Origin: Nitriliruptorales bacterium
GTDB taxonomy: Bacteria; Actinomycetota; Nitriliruptoria; Nitriliruptorales; JAHWKO01
Length of the DNA: 59,389 nucleotides
Assembly: GCA_050700895.1 (NCBI GenBank)
Contig: JBOHEE010000411.1
Span: 1-59,389 of the forward strand
Direction: 5' to 3'
In this document: one piece after another, positions 46,079 through 52,075 of the stretch
Layout of the letters: every line of letters begins with the position of its first letter
Numbering within the stretch: position 1 is the stretch's first letter
The notes under the pieces: model-generated
Told to the model about the DNA's origin: nothing
Database searches by the model: none
Seen by the model: the letters and a program-made list of their open reading frames with translations, nothing else
Translations under genes and position numbers: made by a program

Positions 46079-46152
46079 GGGTTCGGGGGCTCAAGAAGTG
46101 GAGCGCAGCCACGCAAGCCTCGCGCGGCTGCGCGGAACGCAGCCCCCGACTC
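46078..46152 (-). repeat. Palindromic intergenic repeat element, copy B (short form, inverted orientation)
   Basis: The reverse complement GAGTCGGGGGCTGCGTTCCGCGCAGCCGCGCGAGGCTTGCGTGGCTGCGCTCCACTTCTTGAGCCCCCGAACCCC aligns with the 5' and 3' modules of A and C. Termini are inverted: GT(T)CGGGGGCT / AGCCCCCGAC. It lies between convergent gene ends. Confidence 0.8.
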
Positions 46153-46161
46153 ATCTGATCC

Positions 46162-46746
46162 CTAGCCCGAGTAGTCCTCGCCGATCACGACGTGCACGTT
46201 CACGGAGGACGTGAGGTTGTTCGGCTTCTCCTCCACGACCGCGAAGCCGTACTGCGCGGCGACGTGCCGCGCCGCCTCCTCGTGGCCTGGGCTCCAGAAG
46301 ACCGTCGTCCGCTCGTAGACCCGGACGGCCCGGTTCACGGCGACGACCCGGTAGCCGTCGCTCCTCGCACGGTCCGCGAACCCGCCTGCCGCCGTCCCCG
46401 CCTCGGTCGCGTCGAGGACCTGCATCGAGACCGACGCCGGGTCGACCTCGCCGCCCGTCGGGCTCTCGGTCGGTGAGGACGCCTCCGTCGGCGTGGGGCT
46501 CCCGGGTTCAGGAGTGGCGGGAGCCGTCGCTTGGGGATTGGGGGACGTCGGCTCGGTCGTCGCCGGCGCGTCGCCCTCGGTCGGGCTGGCGGCGACGATC
46601 GGTCCCGTCGGCTCCTGCCCGATGCGGCCGAGTCCCCAGAAGGCGCCGGCGACGACGGCGATCAGCGCGACGCCCGCCGCCAGGTGGGCCGACACGGACC
46701 TCGCGAAGCTCCGGTCCCCCGGTGGGGTGTGCCTCGCGTCGGACAC
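46162..46746 (-). CDS. LytR_C-domain membrane-anchored protein
   Basis: N-terminal TM, a Pro/Thr/Glu-rich linker, then C-terminal VSMQVLDATEAGTAAGGFADRARSDGYRVVAVNRA...TTVFW, typical of the LytR C-terminal domain. Confidence 0.65.
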   Translation of the reverse strand: MSDARHTPPGDRSFARSVSAHLAAGVALIAVVAGAFWGLGRIGQEPTGPIVAASPTEGDAPATTEPTSPNPQATAPATPEPGSPTPTEASSPTESPTGGEVDPASVSMQVLDATEAGTAAGGFADRARSDGYRVVAVNRAVRVYERTTVFWSPGHEEAARHVAAQYGFAVVEEKPNNLTSSVNVHVVIGEDYSG

Positions 46747-46755
46747 GGTTCCTCG

Positions 46756-47043
46756 CTAGAGGTCGACGCCGAGGCGTCGCGCGGCTCGTTGACGCTGCCG
46801 GGCGGCGCGCATGCGGCGCAGGCGTTTCACGAGCATCGGGTCGTGCTCGAGGGCGGCCTCGGTGTCGATGAGGTCGTTGAGGACCTGGTAGTAGCGGGTC
46901 GAGGAGATCTCGAAGCGCTCCTTGATCCCCTCCTCCTTCGCGCCGGCGAACTTCCACCACTCCCGCTCGAACTCCAGGATGTCGCGGTCACGCCCGTCGA
47001 GGCCTCCTGCCTCACGCTCGTGGCTGCCGTTCGCGTCGCTCAT
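46756..47043 (-). CDS. DUF3263-family protein
   Basis: ATG 47043. DRDILEFEREWWKFAGAKEEGIKERFEISSTRYYQVLNDLIDTEAALEHDPMLVKRLRRMR matches the DUF3263 pattern. Confidence 0.8.
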   Translation of the reverse strand: MSDANGSHEREAGGLDGRDRDILEFEREWWKFAGAKEEGIKERFEISSTRYYQVLNDLIDTEAALEHDPMLVKRLRRMRAARQRQRAARRLGVDL

Positions 47044-47153
47044 CGACGTACTCCGCTCGAAGCCGTTCACGACGAGCATCGCAGCAGAATCACATCCGTG
47101 CAACTACGTAGGCCCCATCCGTTGCTGTCGCAGGGGACCAGTACGTTCGGGTC

Positions 47154-47663
47154 ATGGACGAGGTGCTCTTTCCTGGACCATCCGGACGCGATCCGACGCC
47201 GCCCAAGGCGCGCTCGAACGGCGCCAAACCGAGGCGCGAGCATCCGAAGGACGTCGGTGATACCACCACCGCGCACGTCCTCGCCCGCCTCAGCGACCGC
47301 TACCCATACGTCTACGTCCCCTGGGGCGAGAACACCCGCACCGATCTCCTCGTCGAAACCGAGGAGGGCGACTTCATCCGCATCCAGTGCAAGACGGGCC
47401 GCCTCCGCAACGGCGCCATCACGTTCCCCACCTGCAGCGTCACATACCACCACCCGAACAATCGGGGCACGGATTACTACCGCCACCACTATCGAGGACA
47501 GGCGGACCTGTTCGGTGTGTACTGTCCCGAGACCGACGCCGTCTACCTCGTTCCCGTGGATGAGGTCGGAGTCCGATCGGCGGCCCTGCGAGTCGCTCCG
47601 ACTCGGAACAACCAAGGTGCGCGGATACGTTGGGCCGAGGACTACAAACTCCCGCCGGGTTAG
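47154..47663 (+). CDS. Stand-alone PD-(D/E)XK endonuclease of the 'group I intron-associated' type
   Basis: HPKDVGDTTTAHVLARLSDRYPYVYVPWGENTRTDLLVETEEGDFIRIQCKTGRLRNGAITF...YRGQADLFGVYCPETDAVYLVPV carries the D...E.K core. GC content is lower than the flanks. The stop codon lies 10 nt inside the tRNA-Thr gene. Confidence 0.7.
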   Translation: MDEVLFPGPSGRDPTPPKARSNGAKPRREHPKDVGDTTTAHVLARLSDRYPYVYVPWGENTRTDLLVETEEGDFIRIQCKTGRLRNGAITFPTCSVTYHHPNNRGTDYYRHHYRGQADLFGVYCPETDAVYLVPVDEVGVRSAALRVAPTRNNQGARIRWAEDYKLPPG

Positions 47664-47726
47664 CTCAGTTGGCAGAGCACTCGTCTTGTAAACGAGAGCG
47701 CGCCGGTTCGATTCCGGCACCCGGCT
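47654..47726 (+). tRNA. tRNA-Thr (anticodon TGT), CCA not encoded
   Basis: GCCGGGTTAGCTCAGTTGGCAGAGCACTCGTCTTGTAAACGAGAGCGCGCCGGTTCGATTCCGGCACCCGGCT forms a 7/4/5/5 cloverleaf. Anticodon loop CTTGTAA. Confidence 0.95.
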
Positions 47727-47727
47727 C

Positions 47728-48621
47728 TCACACGGGGAAGATGCGGGCGAAGGTGTCGGCGAAGACGCCGAGGGCAACGAACCAGGTCCCGATCACGACG
47801 AGCACCCATCCGCCCCACCTCTTGACGGTTGGACCGGCCGCCCGGACCCGCTGGACCACCGCCTCCTGGGCGACCGCGACGCCGAGCGAAGCAGCGAAGA
47901 GCAGGACCACCAGGACCGCCGCGGCGACCCCGAAGGCGAAGAAGGCGACGGCGAACCCGCCCGCGGTGAGCGACTCGCCCGCCAGACCGGCGAGCATGGG
48001 ACCCGTTCAGCCGAAGCCGGCGGCGAGGTAGCCGAACCCGAAGACCGCGTTGCCGACGATCGGGCGCTCCCGGCGCAGGCGCGCCTGCCGCTTGAGGAAG
48101 CCGTGGATCGCCGGCTCGGCGGCGCGGAAGCTGATCCCGATCCGCTCGGTCTGGACGAGGCCGAGCACGATCAGCAGGCCGCCGACCACGACCCGGATGA
48201 TGCGCCCGGGCGTGCTCGTGAACGTCACCGCCCCGGCGACGCCGCCACCGCCGAGCGCGATCAGCGCGCCGAGGCCGACGACGAAGACGACTGCGCCGAC
48301 CGAGAGTGCGGTGGCGAACACGACCGCACGGCGCAGGCGCCGCCCGCGAGGCTCGTCCGCGCCGGTCTGCCGCGCGAGCAGCGAGGCGAGCAGCGGGAAG
48401 GAGCACGGCGAGAAGAAGGCCGCGAAGCCGGTCGCGCCGGCAAGAGCGAGAAGCCCGATTCCTGCCGCGCGCGGGAGATCGAACCGCGGAAAGACGACGT
48501 AGCCCACGTAGCCGGCGACGCCCGCCACCGCCACCGCCGCCGTGAGCAGCACGTAGCGGACCGCACCCGGCCCCGAGTTCCCGAGTGGGGACAGGTCACG
48601 ACGCCCCTCGGTGTCGGGCAC
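47728..48621 (-). CDS. CcdA/DsbD-family thiol-disulfide transmembrane electron-transfer protein with in-frame TGA at the second redox-Cys position (candidate selenocysteine; alternatively a nonsense pseudogene)
   Basis: Track ORFs 48007..48621 and 47728..47997 share one frame and are separated only by TGA-ACG-GGT-CCC. The first family Cys motif FFSPCSFPLL is present. The second motif reads AAGFG-[TGA]-TGPMLAG, against AGWTPCTGPILAA in B. subtilis CcdA (from memory). Confidence 0.6.
47977..47995 (-). promoter_or_regulatory. SECIS-like hairpin 12 nt downstream of the in-frame UGA
   Basis: mRNA nt 15-33 counted from the U of UGA read GCUCGCC-GGUCU-GGCGGGC. This is a 7-bp stem including one U-G pair, with loop GGUCU. 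G23/U24 and U17 fall at the same positions as in the E. coli fdhF SECIS as I recall it. Confidence 0.5.
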
Positions 48622-48725
48622 AGGCTCGCTCCGTCACGGCTCACCGCCAGTATGGAGGTTCCAGCCGCTGGAGGGTCAAATGGCGCCGACCCATCGTTCG
48701 CCTGGGACTCCGGGCGACCGACCCA

Positions 48726-49121
48726 CTACCTGCCGATGATCACGCAGACCTCGTCCTCGGTGCAGTCGGCGGGGTCGAGCTCGCTAGCCCGCGCGGCGAG
48801 CTCCTCGAGGTGCTGGCGGGTCCGTCGCAGCTCGTCGATCGCGGCGTCGACCTCGCGGATCTGCTCGTCCACCAGGGCGGTGACGTGGCCACACGGGGCG
48901 CGGCCCGCGTCACGGACCTCGAGGATGCCCCTGACCTGCGCGAGCGTGAACCCGGCGCGCTTCGCCGCATGCACGAAGTCCAGCCGACGGAGCGTCTCGT
49001 CGGCGAAGTCCCGGTACCCGCCGGCGGTCCGGCCGGGCGCGGGGATCAGGCCGATGTCCTCGTAGTAGCGGATCGTCTTCCGCGGCGTCCCGCTGCGCTC
49101 CGCCAGCTCGCCGATCAGCAC
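48726..49121 (-). CDS. MerR-family (heavy-metal-sensor-like) transcriptional regulator
   Basis: LIGELAERSGTPRKTIRYYEDIGLIP...GYRDF is the MerR HTH. A coiled-coil dimerisation helix follows. Three Cys (positions 77, 120 and 126 by my count) sit where metal-binding MerR/ZntR-type proteins carry ligands. GTG start at 49121. Confidence 0.88.
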   Translation of the reverse strand: MLIGELAERSGTPRKTIRYYEDIGLIPAPGRTAGGYRDFADETLRRLDFVHAAKRAGFTLAQVRGILEVRDAGRAPCGHVTALVDEQIREVDAAIDELRRTRQHLEELAARASELDPADCTEDEVCVIIGR

Positions 49122-49159
49122 GTGTCACCTCCGGCTTGACGTGTCACCTCCGGCTTGAC
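49122..49159. repeat. Perfect 19-bp tandem duplication abutting the merR-family start codon
   Basis: GTGTCACCTCCGGCTTGAC occurs at 49122..49140 and again at 49141..49159. Each copy holds the minus-strand GGAGG Shine-Dalgarno and a plus-strand CTTGAC hexamer. Confidence 0.9.
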
Positions 49160-49186
49160 CTTCCAGCTTACTGGAGGGTCCACACT
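49155..49186 (+). promoter_or_regulatory. MerR-type long-spacer promoter/operator for the thioredoxin-fold gene
   Basis: -35 TTGACC (49155..49160). An imperfect palindrome CCTTCCAG-CTTA-CTGGAGGG (49159..49178) sits inside a 19-20-nt spacer. The -10-like element is CACACT (49181..49186). The ATG at 49194 implies a leaderless or near-leaderless mRNA. Confidence 0.55.
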
Positions 49187-49193
49187 CCGCGGC

Positions 49194-49487
49194 ATGGACA
49201 TCACCGTGCTGCACGTGGACCAGTGCCCGAACACCGACGTCGCCCTCGCGAGACTCGACGACGTGCTCAAGCGGATCGGACGCGACGACGTCCGGGTGCT
49301 GACGCAACTCGTCGACTCCGAGCAGCAAGCCGAGGAATGCGGCCTCCGCGGCTCGCCGACGATCCTCGTCGACGGCATCGACGTCTCGAGCCCGCCGGGC
49401 ACGCCGATCATGTTCGCCTGCCGGGCCGGCCGGCCCGAGGACATCGTGCCGTCGGTCGACGAGCTCCTCCGCGCCCTCGGCGGCTAG
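49194..49487 (+). CDS. Small thioredoxin/glutaredoxin-fold protein with monothiol CPNT motif
   Basis: MDITVLHVDQCPNTDVALARL...CGLRGSPTILVDGIDV shows a beta-alpha-beta start, a CxxT active-site-like motif and a cis-Pro-type GSPT(I/L)LVDG. ATG 49194 is preferred over the track start at 49155. Confidence 0.55.
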   Translation: MDITVLHVDQCPNTDVALARLDDVLKRIGRDDVRVLTQLVDSEQQAEECGLRGSPTILVDGIDVSSPPGTPIMFACRAGRPEDIVPSVDELLRALGG

Positions 49488-50152
49488 GCCGCCGGAGCGA
49501 CGTAGACGAGTCGGGCGACGTCGACGCGGAGGGAGACCTCGCGGCCGTCGACCACCATCACGAAGCGGTCGCCCCGCCGTTTGGGCTCGACGACCGTCCC
49601 CGGCATCAGGCCCTGGCCGACGAGGGTCCGCATCGCGTCGATGTCGCCCTGGAGCTTCTCGGAGAGGCGCTCGATGCGCACCGGCGCCCCGAGCTCCGCC
49701 GCGGCGGCCAGGTTGCCAAGCGCCTCCGTCCGGCCCTCGTCACCGAGGCCCGGTATCGGGTTCCCGTGCGGGCACCGCTTTGGCTCGCCGAGCAACTCGA
49801 CGAGCTTGGACTCCACCTGGTCGGAGATCACGTGCTCCCAGCGGCACGCCTCCTCGTGGACCCGCTCCCACTCGAGCCCGATGACGTCGACGAGCAGACA
49901 CTCGGCCAGGCGGTGCTTGCGCATGACGCTGACCGCCAGTGCACGGCCCTCCTCGGTGAGCTCGAGGACGCGGTCATCGGAGAGGCCCAGGAGTCCCTCG
50001 TTCTCGAGGCGGGAGACGGTCTCGCTCACCGAAGGGGCGGAGAGGCCGAGCCGCTCCGCGAGCCGGGCGCGAATCGGGACGATCCCCTCCTCCTCCAGCT
50101 CCCAGACCGTCCGAACGTACATCTCCGTCGCGTCGATGAGGTCGGTCGTCAC
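49484..50152 (-). CDS. ideR: DtxR/IdeR-family metal-dependent transcriptional repressor
   Basis: TEMYVRTVWELEEEGIVPIRARLAERLGLSAPSVSETVSRLENEGL..., RKHRLAECLL, CRWEHV..., and a C-terminal SH3-like/FeoA domain. Confidence 0.9.
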   Translation of the reverse strand: MTTDLIDATEMYVRTVWELEEEGIVPIRARLAERLGLSAPSVSETVSRLENEGLLGLSDDRVLELTEEGRALAVSVMRKHRLAECLLVDVIGLEWERVHEEACRWEHVISDQVESKLVELLGEPKRCPHGNPIPGLGDEGRTEALGNLAAAAELGAPVRIERLSEKLQGDIDAMRTLVGQGLMPGTVVEPKRRGDRFVMVVDGREVSLRVDVARLVYVAPAA

Positions 50153-50329
50153 CCGTTTTCCTTCCGCCCCACGCCACGTCGTGTGCCCGAAAGGCAGAAG
50201 GCGAGGCTACACCGGGAGACGTCGATCAGGCGTTGCAGCCGGCGCCGACAGAACCAGCCGGTGCTAGCCCGCATCCCACTCCCATGGCCCGAACGCCACG
50301 ACCTTGACCCCAAACAGTGCGGAAAACGC

Positions 50330-50362
50330 GGCTAGCTGACGGCTAGCTGTCGGCTAGCTGGC
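50330..50362. repeat. Three tandem 11-bp units each containing the palindrome GCTAGC
   Basis: GGCTAGCTGAC GGCTAGCTGTC GGCTAGCTGGC. The last unit overlaps the stop codon of the sigH-like gene. The array lies ~180-210 bp upstream of ideR. Confidence 0.85.
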
Positions 50363-51004
50363 GGCCGACTGCTCGAGATGCTGCTCGAGCTTGCGCTTGA
50401 TGCGCTGGAGGGCGTTGTCCACGGACTTCACATGCCGTCCCAGCACCTCGGCGATCTCCTGGTAGCTGCGGCCCTCGACGTAGAGGTCGAGGACCTCGGC
50501 CTCGAGGCCTGACAGCAGGTCCGCGAAGATCGTCCGGAGCTGGGCGAACTCGTCGGCCGCGATCACCGTCTGGAGAGGATCGTCGGCTGTCTCGCAGGCG
50601 ACGAGCTCTCCGACCGTACGCTCCGATCCGGCCGACTGGCGCTTCTCGAGCGGGATGTAGGAGTTCAGCGGACCGTGCTTCTGGCGGGTCGCGGTCTTGA
50701 TCGCGGTGAGGATCTGCCGCGTGATGCAGAGGTCCGCGAACGACCGGAAGGCCGCGTCGTGACCGGGCTGATAGTCGCGGATGGCCTTGTAGAGGCCGAT
50801 CATGCCCTCCTGGACCACGTCCTCGCGGTCCCCGCCGACGAGGAAGTAGGTCCGCGCCTTCGCGCGAGCGAAACGGCGATAGCGCTCGAGAAGCTCGGCG
50901 ACGGCGAGGTCGTCGCCATCGCGGACGAGCTCGACGAGTTCCTCGTCGGTGGCCTCGGCAACGAGCACAGCTCTTCCCACACGGATGCTCGTGACGTCGC
51001 CCAC
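50354..51004 (-). CDS. Sigma-70 family sigma factor closely resembling Bacillus-type SigH
   Basis: FARAKARTYFLVGGDREDVVQEGMIGLYKAIRDY...FADLCITRQILTAIKTATRQKHGPLNSY...YVEGRSYQEIAEVLGRHVKSVDNALQRIKRKLE is near-colinear with my recollection of B. subtilis SigH. GTG 51004 follows GGAGG. Synteny rlmB-sigH. Confidence 0.85.
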   Translation of the reverse strand: MGDVTSIRVGRAVLVAEATDEELVELVRDGDDLAVAELLERYRRFARAKARTYFLVGGDREDVVQEGMIGLYKAIRDYQPGHDAAFRSFADLCITRQILTAIKTATRQKHGPLNSYIPLEKRQSAGSERTVGELVACETADDPLQTVIAADEFAQLRTIFADLLSGLEAEVLDLYVEGRSYQEIAEVLGRHVKSVDNALQRIKRKLEQHLEQSAAS

Positions 51005-51152
51005 TGGTCCTCCGGCTCCATCTTCGTCTCTGTGCAGTCCAAACGAGCGACCGCCGACGCGGTGACGCGCTGGACCGTGGATTCCCCTCCGGCGAAAACC
51101 ATAGCGAACCGTCGCTGGCCCGCCCGGGCCGAAGGCACCCATCCCCGTGTCA

Positions 51153-51300
51153 GTCGGGGGACTACGTGTCGCGCAGATCCGAGAGACTTGTGGGGAAAAC
51201 TCCCCATGTGGGCGGTCGGTTGGTCGGGGGGGACTACGTGTCGCGCAGCATCCGAGAGACTTGTGGGGCTGCGCTCGACCACTTGAGTCCCCCGAACCCC
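51153..51300 (+). repeat. Palindromic intergenic repeat element, locus C: partial copy C1 plus full copy C2 in tandem
   Basis: C1 (51153..~51214) reads GTCGGGGGACTACGTGTCGCGCAGATCCGAGAGACTTGTGGGGAAAACTCCCCA.... C2 (51223..51300) reads GTCGGGGGGGACTACGTGTCGCGCAGCATCCGAGAGACTTGTGGGGCTGCGCTCGACCACTTGAGTCCCCCGAACCCC. It ends 5 nt from the rlmB stop. Confidence 0.85.
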
Positions 51301-51304
51301 CCGG

Positions 51305-52072
51305 TCAGCCCGCGTCGCGGCGGCGACGCACCTCGTACAGAGCGATCGCGGCGGCTACGGAGGCGTTCAGGGAGCCGACCTTCCCCAGCATCGGCAATCT
51401 GACGAGCAGGTCACACCGCTCGGTGACGAGGCGAGAGAGCCCCCGGCCCTCGGCGCCGACGACGATCGCGACCGGCTCGGTCAGGAGCTCGCACTCGTAG
51501 AGCAGCGGTTCGGCCCCGGCAGCCAGGCCGACGGACCAGACCCGCCTGGTCGCAAGGAGCTCGAGCGCACGGGCGATGTTCGGAACCGCGGCGACCGGGA
51601 GGTGCGCGAGCGCACCGGCCGCCGCCTTCTCGACCGCCGGGGTCACGCTGGCGGTCCGCCGACGCGGCACGACGAGCCCGTGGGCACCGGCCGCCTCGGC
51701 AGTCCTGGCGATCGCACCGAGGTTGTGGGGATCGGTGATGCCGTCGAGCGCGACGAGCAGGGCCGCCTCCCCCGGCGCCGGCAGGAGATCCTCCAACTCG
51801 ACGAGACGGAAGGCCTCGGCCAGGGCCACCACCCCCTGGTGGGCCACGCCGCCCGCGAGGTCGTCGAGCCGCTCGGCCGGCGAACCGTCGACCGGAACGC
51901 CGGCCTCCGCGGCGAGACGGCGGATGTCCGCGACGACGGGGCTCTCTTCGCGCTGCGGCGCGACGAGGATCCGCTCCACGCGGGTCGCCGCGCGGAGCAG
52001 CTCGCGCACGGGATGGAGTCCGGGGACGATCCGACGGTCGTCGGCGCCGGCCCGTCCGCGCGCGGATGCCAC
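51305..52072 (-). CDS. rlmB: 23S rRNA (guanosine2251-2'-O)-methyltransferase RlmB (SpoU/TrmH family)
   Basis: GLHPVRELL..., LDGITDPHNLGAIARTAEAAGAHGLV, IVVGAEGRGLSRL..., PMLGKVGSLNASVAAAIALYE. Confidence 0.9.
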   Translation of the reverse strand: MASARGRAGADDRRIVPGLHPVRELLRAATRVERILVAPQREESPVVADIRRLAAEAGVPVDGSPAERLDDLAGGVAHQGVVALAEAFRLVELEDLLPAPGEAALLVALDGITDPHNLGAIARTAEAAGAHGLVVPRRRTASVTPAVEKAAAGALAHLPVAAVPNIARALELLATRRVWSVGLAAGAEPLLYECELLTEPVAIVVGAEGRGLSRLVTERCDLLVRLPMLGKVGSLNASVAAAIALYEVRRRRDAG

Positions 52073-52075
52073 CTC

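Noticed and set aside
50330-50362. Tandem 11-bp repeats and the element-C dimer (51153..51300), considered as a CRISPR array
   Set aside because: The units are contiguous or far too short, there is no repeat-spacer periodicity, and there are no cas genes.
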